DNA of 32,000 nucleotides from Geobacter metallireducens GS-15 (lineage in GTDB: Bacteria; Desulfobacterota; Desulfuromonadia; Geobacterales; Geobacteraceae): assembly GCF_000012925.1 (NCBI RefSeq), contig NC_007517.1, positions 2,910,001 to 2,942,000 on the forward strand, read 5' to 3'. Positions 7,648-16,791 of this stretch are shown piece by piece (position 1 is the stretch's first letter; each line of letters begins with the position of its first letter). The notes under the pieces were generated by a model. It saw only the letters and a list, made by a program, of their open reading frames with translations. It searched no databases and was not told the DNA's origin. The translations under genes were made by a program, and so were the position numbers.

Positions 7648-9273
7648 ATGTCCACCAAGCCGTTCGTTTACCAGGAACCCTTCCCCCTCGAGAAAGATGA
7701 GACGTCGTACTACAAGATTCCCGACTCGGAGAAGTATGTCAGCGTCGCAACTTTCGAAGGGAAAGAGGTCCTCAAGGTCGATCCCGAGGCACTCACCGTC
7801 CTGGCCAACACGGCCATGAGGGACGTCTCCTTCCTGCTCCGCCCCGAGCACAACGAGTCGGTGGCCAAGATCCTCCGGGATCCGGAAGCCTCCCAGAACG
7901 ACAAGGGGGTTGCCCTGGCATTCCTGCGGAACGCCGAGATCGCCGCCAACTTCGAGCTCCCCCTCTGCCAGGACACCGGCACCGCCACCGTCGTGGCCAA
8001 GAAAGGGCAGCAGGTTTGGACCGGCGGAAAGGACGAGGAGTTTCTCTCCAAGGGGGTCTACAAGACCTACACCGAGGAAAATCTCCGCTACTCCCAGACC
8101 GTGGCCCTGGACATGTACAAGGAAGTCAACACCGGCACCAACCTGCCGGCCCAGATCGACATCCAGGCTGTGGACGGCGATTACTACAAGTTCCTCTTCA
8201 TGGCCAAAGGGGGGGGCTCCGCCAACAAGACCATGCTCTACCAGGAGACCAAGGCACTCCTTACCCCGGACAGCCTGCTCAAGTTCCTGGTGGGCAAGAT
8301 GAAGTACCTGGGAACCGCCGCCTGCCCGCCGTACCACATCGCCGTCGTGGTCGGCGGTACCTCGGCCGACGCCTGCATGAAGGCGGTCAAGCTCGCCTCC
8401 GCCAAGTACCTTGACGCCCTCCCCACCACGGGGAACGAGCACGGCCGGGCCTTCCGCGACGTGGAACTGGAGGAGAAGCTTCTCCAAGAGGCCTACAAGC
8501 TCGGCATCGGCGCCCAGTTCGGCGGCAAGTACTTCGCCCATGACGTACGGGTCATCCGGCTTCCCCGCCACGGCGCCTCCTGCCCCGTGGGGATGGCGGT
8601 CTCCTGTTCCGCCGACCGCAACATCAAGGCCAAGATCACCCAAAACGGCCTCTTCGTCGAGGAACTGGACCGCAATCCGAGCCGACTCATTCCCGAGCAG
8701 TACCGCGGCAAGCATGAGCACGGGGTCAAGATCGACCTGAACCGCCCCATGAAGGAGATCCTGGCCGAACTGAGCAAGCACCCGGTTTCCACGCCGCTGC
8801 TGCTGAATGGCACCATCGTGGTGGGGCGCGACATCGCCCACGCCAAGTTCAAAGAGATTCTCGACAGCGGCAAACCGCTCCCCGACTATCTCAAGAATCA
8901 TCCGATCTACTACGCCGGACCGGCCAAGACCCCGGCTGGCAAGCCTTCCGGCTCCTTCGGCCCCACCACTGCCGGCCGCATGGACTCCTACGTGGATCTT
9001 CTCCAGGCGAACGGCGGCTCCATGATCATGATCGCCAAGGGGAACCGGAGCCAGCAGGTGACCGATGCCTGCAAGAAGCACGGCGGCTTCTACCTGGGCT
9101 CCATCGGCGGCCCTGCCGCGGTCCTGGCCGAGGAGAACATCAAGAAGGTCGAGTGCATCGACTTCCCCGAACTGGGGATGGAAGCGGTCTGGAAGATCGA
9201 GGTCGAGAACTTCCCGGCCTTCATCCTGGTGGATGACAAGGGGAATGACTTCTTCAAGCAGTTGGGTCTGTAG
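7648..9273 (+). CDS. fumA: class I (Fe-S) fumarate hydratase, fused alpha/beta type
   Basis: 541 aa, colinear by eye with E. coli FumA/FumB (KPFxYQxPFPL, LPxCQDTGTA, [65 protein letters not shown]). RBS aaaggagag. Confidence 0.95.
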   Translation: MSTKPFVYQEPFPLEKDETSYYKIPDSEKYVSVATFEGKEVLKVDPEALTVLANTAMRDVSFLLRPEHNESVAKILRDPEASQNDKGVALAFLRNAEIAANFELPLCQDTGTATVVAKKGQQVWTGGKDEEFLSKGVYKTYTEENLRYSQTVALDMYKEVNTGTNLPAQIDIQAVDGDYYKFLFMAKGGGSANKTMLYQETKALLTPDSLLKFLVGKMKYLGTAACPPYHIAVVVGGTSADACMKAVKLASAKYLDALPTTGNEHGRAFRDVELEEKLLQEAYKLGIGAQFGGKYFAHDVRVIRLPRHGASCPVGMAVSCSADRNIKAKITQNGLFVEELDRNPSRLIPEQYRGKHEHGVKIDLNRPMKEILAELSKHPVSTPLLLNGTIVVGRDIAHAKFKEILDSGKPLPDYLKNHPIYYAGPAKTPAGKPSGSFGPTTAGRMDSYVDLLQANGGSMIMIAKGNRSQQVTDACKKHGGFYLGSIGGPAAVLAEENIKKVECIDFPELGMEAVWKIEVENFPAFILVDDKGNDFFKQLGL

Positions 9274-9292
9274 TATCCCCCATGAAAGTGGC

Positions 9293-9330
9293 AAAAGCCC
9301 CCGGTCGTATCTCGCGGCCGGGGGCTTTTC
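9293..9330 (+). terminator. rho-independent terminator after fumarase
   Basis: Stem gcccccgg (9297-9304) pairs with ccgggggc (9318-9325), followed by tttt. Confidence 0.6.
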
Positions 9331-9400
9331 CGTGTGCGGAAGGGAATTCTCCCTACCCGCGCGGGGAGCGCGTTTACGGCCACAGGCCCGGGGTTTGGAC

Positions 9401-9430
9401 TTGACAGAGGGCGCTGGGATGACGTATACC
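9401..9430 (+). promoter_or_regulatory. candidate sigma-70 promoter for the ATPase/methyltransferase pair
   Basis: TTGACA (9401-9406), an 18-nt spacer, then TATACC (9425-9430). Pattern match only. Confidence 0.3.
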
Positions 9431-9542
9431 AAAAACAACCACTGTTTTATCTTGTTTTTTCGAACCGTTAGCCGCTTTACCGCGAACACGTCGCTACAGT
9501 CTCACAAACTTGCATAATCAACATCACGAAAAGAGAAAAACC

Positions 9543-10436
9543 ATGCTTACCATGAAACCCGAATTCGTTGCCCAGCTGGAACGCGTCCTCAGCTCCGTGG
9601 AGATGCTCCTCCCCCGGGCCGTAAAGCCGGTCAACTGGTCCACCTGCTACGCCGCCAACTGGCGCCGCCATTCCTTTTCCGGCTTTCTCCAGGCGGTCAG
9701 GGTGACCGATACCACCTCCCTCCATGAACTGCTGGGAGTGGAGAAGCAGAAGGAGATCATGATCAGCAACACGCGCCAGTTCCTGAAGGGGCTCCCAGCC
9801 AACAACGCCCTCCTCTGGGGATCCCGGGGGACAGGGAAGTCGTCACTGGTGAAGGCGCTCCTCAACGAGTACGCCTGCGAGGGGCTCCGGGTCATCCAGG
9901 TGGAGAAGGAAGACCTCATCTATCTCTCGGACATCTTCTCCGCCGTGGAGGGCGAGCCCTACCGCTTCATCCTCCTCTGCGACGACCTCACCTTCGAGCC
10001 GGGGGAGCTGACCTACAAAATCCTCAAGAGCGCCCTGGACGGGTCGGTCTACTCCCCTCCCGAGAATGTCCTGATTTACGTCACGTCCAACCGCCGTCAC
10101 CTCCTTCCCGAGTACGAATCAGACAACATCGGCTGGAAGCTGGTCAACGGCGAACTGCAGGAGAGCGAGGCCACGGAGGAAAAAATCGCCCTCTCGGACC
10201 GGTTCGGCCTCTGGGTGCCGTTCCACGTCTTCACCCAGGACCGCTACCTGGAAGCGGTGCGCCTCTGCGTGGAGCGCGAGGCCCGCACCCGGGAGGTGGA
10301 TATCCCCTGGTCGGAGCAACTAAGGCTCGACGCCATCCAGTGGTCCCACGACAAGAAAAAGCGCTGCGGCCGCACCGCCTACCAGTTCTCCAAGCACTGG
10401 GTCGGCAAGTACCTCCTGGCCAGACAGGCCGCGTGA
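9543..10436 (+). CDS. AAA-type ATP-binding protein (DUF815-like)
   Basis: Walker A WGSRGTGKSSLVKAL and Walker B-like FILLCDDLTFE. The overall pattern matches the DUF815 family as I remember it. I prefer the ATG at 9543 over the listed TTG at 9510. The start is uncertain (9543 or 9552). Confidence 0.75.
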   Translation: MLTMKPEFVAQLERVLSSVEMLLPRAVKPVNWSTCYAANWRRHSFSGFLQAVRVTDTTSLHELLGVEKQKEIMISNTRQFLKGLPANNALLWGSRGTGKSSLVKALLNEYACEGLRVIQVEKEDLIYLSDIFSAVEGEPYRFILLCDDLTFEPGELTYKILKSALDGSVYSPPENVLIYVTSNRRHLLPEYESDNIGWKLVNGELQESEATEEKIALSDRFGLWVPFHVFTQDRYLEAVRLCVEREARTREVDIPWSEQLRLDAIQWSHDKKKRCGRTAYQFSKHWVGKYLLARQAA

Positions 10437-10449
10437 GGCGCCGACTCCC

Positions 10450-11391
10450 ATGAAGCGGAGCATTGCCCCCCTCCTCGTCTGTCCCGCCTGCCTCCCCAAG
10501 GAGCGCCCCCTGGAGCTCACGGCCACCGCCGAAGCGGACGGCGACATCACGGCGGGCCACCTCTCCTGCAAGGGATGCCGGCGCCGGTTCCCGATCCGGG
10601 ACGGTATTGCCGTGCTCCTTCCCGATCCGGACACGGGGCCGTCGGGGGGACAGTGGAAGTACGAGGAGCAGGGGACGCTGGCCACCTATCTCTGGAGCCA
10701 CTTCGCGGACCTGGCCGGGGACCCGGAGGCGGGTGACGCCTACGCCTCCTGGGCGTCAGCCCTTGCCGGAAACGCCGAAACCTCCCTCGATGCCGGCTGC
10801 GCCGTGGGGAGGCTCACCTTCGAACTGGGGCAGCGGAGCGGGCTCGCGGTGGGCTTCGATCTCTCCCTCACCTTCATCCGGGCGGCGCGGCAACTTGCCC
10901 GGGAGAGACAGATCCGTTTCTCCCTTCCCCGGGAGGGGAACCTGCGGGATGAATTCCGCCTTACCCTCCCCGATTGCTGGCGGACCGACGAAGTGGAGTT
11001 CGTCGTGGCCGACGCCCTGGCCATCCCCTTCGCCCGGGAGACCTTCGACCGGACCGCCTCCCTGAACCTCATCGACCGGGTCTCCTACCCCCTGGCCCAC
11101 CTCTACGAGATGAACCGGGTCGCCCGACTGTCTGGTGCATCGTTCCTCTTGTCCGATCCCTTTTCCTGGTCCACGGCCAACGCGCCGGAAGAGAAATGGC
11201 TTGGGGGAACCGAGTCGGGCCCCTACTCGGGGCGGGGAATGGACAACGTCAAGGCAATCCTGGGGGGGAAGGAGGCGATCATCGCCCCCCCCTGGACCGT
11301 CGCCCGGGAGGGGAGCGTCTGGTGGAAGATCCGCTCCCACCGCAACCACTTCGAGCTGATCAGGAGCGAGTTCCTGGTGGCGGAGCGGTAA
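10450..11391 (+). CDS. Trm112-like zinc-ribbon domain fused to a class I SAM-dependent methyltransferase
   Basis: The N-terminus LLVCPACLP ... LSCKGCRRRFPIRDGIAVLL is a Trm112-type motif. This is followed by SAM motif I LDAGCAVGRLTFEL and post-I GFDLS. It starts 13 nt after the upstream ATPase gene. Confidence 0.7.
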   Translation: MKRSIAPLLVCPACLPKERPLELTATAEADGDITAGHLSCKGCRRRFPIRDGIAVLLPDPDTGPSGGQWKYEEQGTLATYLWSHFADLAGDPEAGDAYASWASALAGNAETSLDAGCAVGRLTFELGQRSGLAVGFDLSLTFIRAARQLARERQIRFSLPREGNLRDEFRLTLPDCWRTDEVEFVVADALAIPFARETFDRTASLNLIDRVSYPLAHLYEMNRVARLSGASFLLSDPFSWSTANAPEEKWLGGTESGPYSGRGMDNVKAILGGKEAIIAPPWTVAREGSVWWKIRSHRNHFELIRSEFLVAER

Positions 11392-11401
11392 TAAGACATC
11401 A

Positions 11402-11531
11402 AATAACACGGAGAAACGGAGAGCACGGAGTAAAACCCTTTCAAGCCAATCCCGTTGAAAGCAATGTTCTCGCCTCTGTAGCATTTCAATCTATTTTATT
11501 TTCTCCGTGTTCTCCGTCTCTCCGTGTTATT
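11402..11531. repeat. 29-bp inverted repeat (27/29 complementary) flanking a 72-nt loop; the arms are built of CACGGAG-type short repeats
   Basis: aataacacggagaaacggagagcacggag (11402-11430) pairs with ctccgtgttctccgtctctccgtgttatt (11503-11531). Confidence 0.7.
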
Positions 11532-11547
11532 CAACTGACTTTTTAAT

Positions 11548-11590
11548 AGAAAGGGGGAAGCCGCCAGCGCAGCTTCCCCCTCTTTCGTTT
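11548..11590. terminator. bidirectional terminator between convergent genes
   Basis: The 9-bp stem gggggaagc (11553-11561) pairs with gcttccccc (11572-11580), with T-rich flanks on both strands. Confidence 0.55.
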
Positions 11591-11608
11591 CCGTGACAGC
11601 AGTGCAGG

Positions 11609-12964
11609 TCAGCGGGGCTGACGGCGCTGCTGGCCGGTGCGCTGGCCACCGGTTCCGGCGGTGCGGGCTGGATTTGCCTTCGCAGCTTGGGGCTGGGAAC
11701 GCCTCCCCTCGGCGGGTTTGGCGCTTCCCGGCTGATGGGATGCACCTTGACGGGCTCCCCCCTTCTTCGCCTCCGTGGGACGGCGGGACGGCATGGGCTG
11801 CCGGGGGGGACGAGCGAACTCGGTGTCCTTTTTCGGTGCCGGCACGCTGTAGTCGAAGCCGGCCATGGTGCGGCGCTCTAGGGAGGTGTTGAGCTTACGC
11901 TCGATAGTGCGGACCATGGCCGTATCTTCGCTCGTCACCATGGTGAAGGCGTCGCCGCTGCGGGCGGCCCGGCCCGTGCGGCCTATGCGGTGGATGTACG
12001 CCTCGGCGGTGTCGGGGATGTCGTAGTTGATGACGTGGGACACCTGGGAGACATCAATCCCCCGGGCGGCGATATCGGTGGCCACGAGGATTTGGAAGGT
12101 GCCGTCCCGGAACCCGTCCAGTGCCGCCTGGCGCCGGTTCTGGGAGAGGTTCCCCTGGAGGGACGCGGCCTTGTAGCCGGCCTTCTCCATTTGCTCACCC
12201 AGCCGCTTGGCCCGGTGCTTGGTGCGGGTGAAGATGAGGACCGACTCGGTGTCGGTGTGACGCAACAGCTCCAGCAGGAGCGGCGTCTTCAGGTGCTGCT
12301 CCACCGGGTAGAGGGCATGGGTGACGGTGACCGCCGGGGCCACGGTCCCCACCTGCACCGTGACCGGGTCCCGCAGGATCTCCTGGGCCAAGACCCTGAT
12401 GTCGATGGGCATGGTGGCCGAGAAGAGGAGGGTCTGGCGCTTGGGGGGAAGCTGCTTCAGGATCCGGCGAAGGTCAGGGAGAAAGCCCATGTCGAACATC
12501 TGGTCCGCCTCGTCCAGGACGAGCACCTCCAGGTGCGAGAGGTCGATGGTCCCCTGGGCCATGTGGTCCAGGAGCCGCCCCGGGCAAGCCACGACGATCT
12601 CCGCGCCCGCCTTGAGCTTCTGAATCTGGGGGTTGACGTTAACGCCGCCGTAGACGGTGACACTCCGCAGCCGGGTCTGGCGCCCCAGGGTGACGAAGCT
12701 GTCATTGATCTGCTCGGCCAGCTCCCGGGTGGGGGCAATGACCAGGGCCCGGACGCGCCCCCGCTCTCCCTGGGCGAGCCGATGCAGGATCGGCAGCGCA
12801 AAGGCTGCGGTCTTGCCCGTGCCGGTCTGGGCGAGCCCCATGACGTCGCGCCCCTCCATGACAGTCGGTATCGCCTGGGCCTGGATCGGCGTAGGGGTCG
12901 TGTACCCCGCCGCCGTGACACCGGCCATAACCTGGGGGTGGAGGTTGAACTCCTTGAATTCCAT
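11609..12964 (-). CDS. DEAD-box ATP-dependent RNA helicase (RhlE-like) with a basic C-terminal tail
   Basis: Motifs AQTGTGKT, PTRELA, VLDEAD, SAT and HRIGRTGRA. The start is placed at MEFKEFNL (12964) with RBS agaaggaa. The 33-codon N-terminal extension to 13063 is not supported. The tail is rich in R/K/Q/P/G/A. Confidence 0.9.
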   Translation of the reverse strand: MEFKEFNLHPQVMAGVTAAGYTTPTPIQAQAIPTVMEGRDVMGLAQTGTGKTAAFALPILHRLAQGERGRVRALVIAPTRELAEQINDSFVTLGRQTRLRSVTVYGGVNVNPQIQKLKAGAEIVVACPGRLLDHMAQGTIDLSHLEVLVLDEADQMFDMGFLPDLRRILKQLPPKRQTLLFSATMPIDIRVLAQEILRDPVTVQVGTVAPAVTVTHALYPVEQHLKTPLLLELLRHTDTESVLIFTRTKHRAKRLGEQMEKAGYKAASLQGNLSQNRRQAALDGFRDGTFQILVATDIAARGIDVSQVSHVINYDIPDTAEAYIHRIGRTGRAARSGDAFTMVTSEDTAMVRTIERKLNTSLERRTMAGFDYSVPAPKKDTEFARPPRQPMPSRRPTEAKKGGARQGASHQPGSAKPAEGRRSQPQAAKANPARTAGTGGQRTGQQRRQPR

Positions 12965-13197
12965 TGATTCCTTCTTTCTGCGTTCCTCGAAGCAAAAAAG
13001 CCCTGGTAAATTCCAGGGCTTACGATTGTCGCGGTATCCGGGAACAGCTGATGGTAATGGCAAGACCGTAGCAGTTTTGGACGAAATCTGTCAAGGGATT
13101 ATGCCGCACATCCCCCTCTACGTTTGCATTTCCAGTCAATCACTGTACCCTTGGAATCAGTACCGCGGCCATCAACTCCCCTGGCAGGTGAATCCCC

Positions 13198-13938
13198 ATG
13201 AACGGCAGAACCTACAAGCTCGTTACCGGCATCATCTCTCTTTTCATCGCCCTCTTCCTGGCATGGCGGATCGGCCTCTGGCTGGAGCCCGAACCGAAGC
13301 AGAAAAACCCGGCGCCGGTGGTGCCGTCCCCCGCCGCCAAGGAGCCCCCCTTTGTGACGGGAACAGTGCGGAAAGATCTCAACTTCGAGGTGCGGAACGT
13401 CAGGTTCGGCAACAGGGGGAAAACCGTGGAGGGAATCGGAATCGTCACCTTCGACAGCGATCGGTCGGACCTGAAGGCAGCGGCGGTGGCGATGCTGAAG
13501 AAGCTGAAGGAGAAAGTCCCGGCAGCGGAGAGAATCGTCCTGACCCTGAAACCCTCGGTGGACTGCCCCGTTTGTGCCATGGCCGAGGTTACCTGGGACC
13601 GGGGGAAGGTGGATATGCGCTACGGCATCCCCTCCCTGGAGCAGATGGAGGAGGCCAACACCCTCATCGGCACCAAGGATAAAAAGGGTGAAACGGTGGA
13701 CCGCCCCCGCCTCTACCTCCCCGACAGGGAGACCTTCGCCGCGGGGCTTGCCATCACCCAGGCCATCGATGCAGCCCGGAAGAAAAACCCCTCACTCGGT
13801 GACGACCAGCTCCTGGAGCAGGCGGCCGCGGCCACGGGGCTCAACTACGCAGTTGCCCGGCGCAGCAGAGATTTCATGGCCGCCTACTACACAGCCACCG
13901 AATATGGAGAAGAGACCTTCACCCTCTCTCTTCCGTAG
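13198..13938 (+). CDS. hypothetical membrane-anchored protein (one N-terminal TM helix)
   Basis: 246-aa ORF. A hydrophobic segment LVTGIISLFIALFLAWRIGLWL is followed by a Pro-rich linker. No family recognised. Confidence 0.55.
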   Translation: MNGRTYKLVTGIISLFIALFLAWRIGLWLEPEPKQKNPAPVVPSPAAKEPPFVTGTVRKDLNFEVRNVRFGNRGKTVEGIGIVTFDSDRSDLKAAAVAMLKKLKEKVPAAERIVLTLKPSVDCPVCAMAEVTWDRGKVDMRYGIPSLEQMEEANTLIGTKDKKGETVDRPRLYLPDRETFAAGLAITQAIDAARKKNPSLGDDQLLEQAAAATGLNYAVARRSRDFMAAYYTATEYGEETFTLSLP

Positions 13939-13993
13939 GGGCTGCGACTTTTACGCCATCTCGCCGCCGTCCTGGGATTAACGTGATTTCCCG

Positions 13994-14176
13994 TCAGAGG
14001 CCGGTCAACTCCTCCACCTTCAACTCCAAGTCGTCGCCGTTCACCCGGACGATCTTCCCCCCCTCATCCTCGCTTCGCACAAGGCCATCCTCCACCCACG
14101 AGAGAATCCGCGCCGAGGGAACGCCGAATTTCGCTGCCGCCTCATCGAGGGTATACCAGATTTTATCCATGGACAT
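13994..14176 (-). CDS. small MerR/excisionase-type helix-turn-helix protein (60 aa)
   Basis: MSMDKIWYTLDEAAAKFGVPSARILSWVEDGLV is a typical HTH_17-like N-terminus. A strong RBS (ggaaggagg) precedes the ATG at 14176. The listed start at 14287 is not supported. Confidence 0.6.
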   Translation of the reverse strand: MSMDKIWYTLDEAAAKFGVPSARILSWVEDGLVRSEDEGGKIVRVNGDDLELKVEELTGL

Positions 14177-14311
14177 GACATTGCCTCCTTCCCGGGAACC
14201 TGCTTCCAGTATACCACCCCATACCGCAACCGTCTCCGGGACCACCGAACTTGACGGGGCAGGAACTCCGTGGTTATCTTGCTGCATACGGTATCGAAAG
14301 GAGCCCCATCA

Positions 14312-14800
14312 ATGCCGGTCTACGAATTCTACTGCGCCGACTGCCACACCATCTTCAACTTCCTCTCCCGCCGGGTGGATACGGAGAAGCGCCCCGACTG
14401 CCCCCGGTGCGGCCGTCACGAACTGCAACGCCAGGTATCCCGCTTCGCCTTCTCCAAGGGGAGAACAGAAGAACCGCTGGAAGGGATGCCCGATCTGGAC
14501 GAGGAAAAGCTGGAGCGGGCCATGATGGGGCTGGCCGGAGAGATGGAGGGGATGGACGAGAACGACCCCCGGCAGATGGCCCGCTTCATGCGCAAACTCC
14601 AGGATGCCACGGGGATGAATCTGGGATCGGGATTCGAGGAGGCCATGCGACGGCTGGAGGCAGGCGAAGACCCGGAAAAGATCGAGGCGGAGATGGGTGA
14701 CCTCCTCGACGCCGACAATCCCTTTGCCAAAGAGGGGATTCGGGGGATAAAAAAGAGGCTCGCCCCCCCGGCCCACGACGATACGCTTTATACCATGTAA
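14312..14800 (+). CDS. FmdB-family zinc-ribbon protein with an acidic C-terminal extension
   Basis: MPVYEFYCADCHTIF ... CPRCG is the CxxC...CxxC regulatory zinc ribbon. RBS aaaggag precedes the start at 14312. Confidence 0.7.
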   Translation: MPVYEFYCADCHTIFNFLSRRVDTEKRPDCPRCGRHELQRQVSRFAFSKGRTEEPLEGMPDLDEEKLERAMMGLAGEMEGMDENDPRQMARFMRKLQDATGMNLGSGFEEAMRRLEAGEDPEKIEAEMGDLLDADNPFAKEGIRGIKKRLAPPAHDDTLYTM

Positions 14801-14809
14801 TTGCGGCTA

Positions 14810-15877
14810 TCAGGGGAGTTTCGCCCGCTCATACTGGGGAGGCCACGGAACGTTGACCCCGAGGGAACGGGCGGCGTGGAGGGGCCAGTAGGGATCCCTG
14901 AGCATCTCCCGGGCCAGGAGTACCGCGTCGGCGAGCCCCGTGGCCACGATCTGCTCCGCCTGGGCCGGGTCGGTAATGAAACCGACGGTCCCCGTGGGGA
15001 TTCCGGCCTCGCGCCGGATGGCAGTGGCAAAGGGGGTCTGGTACCCCGATCCGAAGGGGATGACCGCGTCGGGAGTGAGGAAGCCGGCCGAGCAGTCGAC
15101 GAGGTCGACGCCAGCCTCCCTCAGCTTTCGGGCAAGGACCACCGATTGATCCAGGTCCCATCCACCCTCGACCCAGTCGGTGGCGGATATCCGGACAAAG
15201 AGGGGGAGATCGGCGGGCCACACCTCCCGCACCGCCCGGGTCACCCGAAGGGGGAGACGGATCCGGTTCTCCAGGCTGCCGCCGAAGTCGTCCGTCCGTC
15301 GGTTCGAGAGGGGGGAGAGGAACTCGTGGAGAAGATAGCCGTGGGCCATGTGAATTTCCACCACCTGGAAACCGGCGGCCAACGCCCGTTGGGCCCCATC
15401 CCGGAACTGGCTGACCACATCGTCCATCTCCTCCACCGTCAGCTCCCGGGGAACGGGATAATCGGCCGCGAAGGGGCGGGGGCTCGGCGCCACCGGCTGC
15501 CACCCCCGGGCCTCTGGCCCCAAGGGGAGCCCGCCGCGCCAGGGGAGATCGGTGGAGGCCTTGCGGCCCGCATGGGCCAGTTGGATTCCGGGAACCGCCC
15601 CCTGCTCGGCGATGAAGCGGGTGATAGGGGCGAACCCCTCCCCATGCCGGTCGTCCCAGATGCCGCTGTCGTCGGGGCTGATGCGCCCCTCGGGACTCAC
15701 CGCCGTCGCCTCCACCATCACGAGACCCGCTCCCCCCACGGCCCGGCTCCCCAAGTGGACCAGATGCCAGTCGGTAGGCATCCCGTCAAGGCTCGAATAC
15801 TGGCACATGGGGGAGACGAAGATGCGGTTGCGGAAGGTGACCGACCGCAGGGTAAAGGGAGTGAAAAGGGCACTCAT
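14810..15877 (-). CDS. NADH:flavin oxidoreductase, Old Yellow Enzyme family (YqjM/NamA-like)
   Basis: FTPFTLRSVTFRNRIFVSPMCQYSS, GIQLAHAGRK and HMAHGYLLHEFLSPLSNRRTDDFGGSLENR are OYE hallmarks. Confidence 0.9.
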   Translation of the reverse strand: MSALFTPFTLRSVTFRNRIFVSPMCQYSSLDGMPTDWHLVHLGSRAVGGAGLVMVEATAVSPEGRISPDDSGIWDDRHGEGFAPITRFIAEQGAVPGIQLAHAGRKASTDLPWRGGLPLGPEARGWQPVAPSPRPFAADYPVPRELTVEEMDDVVSQFRDGAQRALAAGFQVVEIHMAHGYLLHEFLSPLSNRRTDDFGGSLENRIRLPLRVTRAVREVWPADLPLFVRISATDWVEGGWDLDQSVVLARKLREAGVDLVDCSAGFLTPDAVIPFGSGYQTPFATAIRREAGIPTGTVGFITDPAQAEQIVATGLADAVLLAREMLRDPYWPLHAARSLGVNVPWPPQYERAKLP

Positions 15878-15960
15878 GGGGATCTCCTCCGTTCGTGGTG
15901 TTCAGGAAGAGTGTATCAGACGGAAGGGGGGAGTAAAGGAATGGAAGACGGGACAGACGG

Positions 15961-16323
15961 CTAGCGACGGCGACGGTGGAGCACTCCGTAGACCGCCAGG
16001 TTCAGGGCCGCCACCAGAAGCCCCACGGCTATCTGCCACCCCCGCGTGAGCCCAGGCGGGTAGATGAGCGGGACTATATAGTGCTCGATGAAGCTCTCCG
16101 TGTAGCCCGTCTCCCCGGCCAGGCGCCGGAAGCGGACCTCCAGGTAGGTCAGGGGGCAGACCTTGCCGCTCAGCTCGATCATGGCTCCCCATATGGCCGC
16201 CGGAACATGGAGCCATGCCAGCCGCGGCCACCGGAGCACCACAAGCCCGCCCAGCACCACGAAGAGCACGAACAGGCCGTGGACGAGCACCACCGCATCG
16301 GCAAGGAGCGAATACCCCATCAC
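15961..16323 (-). CDS. small integral membrane protein (DUF2784-like)
   Basis: 120 aa with 3-4 hydrophobic helices and the motif CPLTYLE. The family call is from memory. Confidence 0.6.
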   Translation of the reverse strand: MMGYSLLADAVVLVHGLFVLFVVLGGLVVLRWPRLAWLHVPAAIWGAMIELSGKVCPLTYLEVRFRRLAGETGYTESFIEHYIVPLIYPPGLTRGWQIAVGLLVAALNLAVYGVLHRRRR

Positions 16324-16342
16324 GCCTCCGGCACGCTCCCGG

Positions 16343-16717
16343 CTACTCCAGCACCTTCACCTCTTCCACGAAGTATTCCGTTTCCGCGAAGATCGTCGAG
16401 GGAACCCACTTGTGCTGCCCGTAGTGGAGAACGACCTTTTTCCCTACGGCAGCATTGATCTGTTGGGCGATGGCGTCATCCCTCACGCTGAACGCGAACT
16501 TCTCCGGGATTGCGCCGGGCACTGGAAGCATCTGCAGCTCACCCTCCCAGGTCTTGAACACCCATCCCTTTTTCGAGAACTTCTGCACGTATCCGGCGCG
16601 CTCCCCCGTGGAATAGGTCCAGGTGAGAGAAAACCATGTGTATCCGGCAATCGCCACCAGCACCAGCACCACTATTCCGGCTATCCCGCCGAATACTTTA
16701 CCCTTTGTGATTGGCAT
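16343..16717 (-). CDS. hypothetical protein with an N-terminal TM anchor (124 aa)
   Basis: The ORF lies between the UvrA-like gene and the DUF2784-like gene on the same strand. It has the hydrophobic stretch GGIAGIVVLVLVAIAGY. No family recognised. Confidence 0.55.
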   Translation of the reverse strand: MPITKGKVFGGIAGIVVLVLVAIAGYTWFSLTWTYSTGERAGYVQKFSKKGWVFKTWEGELQMLPVPGAIPEKFAFSVRDDAIAQQINAAVGKKVVLHYGQHKWVPSTIFAETEYFVEEVKVLE

Positions 16718-16791
16718 ACCATTCCCCCTTTTATCAAATTCTAATTTCGAAACAACCTACAACACCCCTCCCCTTCACTTCAAGGGAGAAA

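Noticed and set aside
7474-9489. 671-aa ORF on the minus strand, opposite fumarase
   Set aside because: It is antisense to a near full-length FumA homolog, has G/A/L/V-rich low complexity and has no RBS. It is a shadow ORF.
12965-13063. 33-codon N-terminal extension of the DEAD-box helicase
   Set aside because: There is no RBS at 13063. A good RBS precedes the ATG at 12964, and helicase homology starts there (the Q-motif region follows directly).
10756-15964. Other long antisense or overlapping ORFs (10756-11484 -, 11990-12967 +, 12657-13682 +, 14801-15964 +, 14829-15503 -, 4742-5671 +)
   Set aside because: Each overlaps a gene with clear family motifs on the other strand or in another frame, and their compositions are Arg/Gly/Pro-rich. 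They are shadow ORFs.
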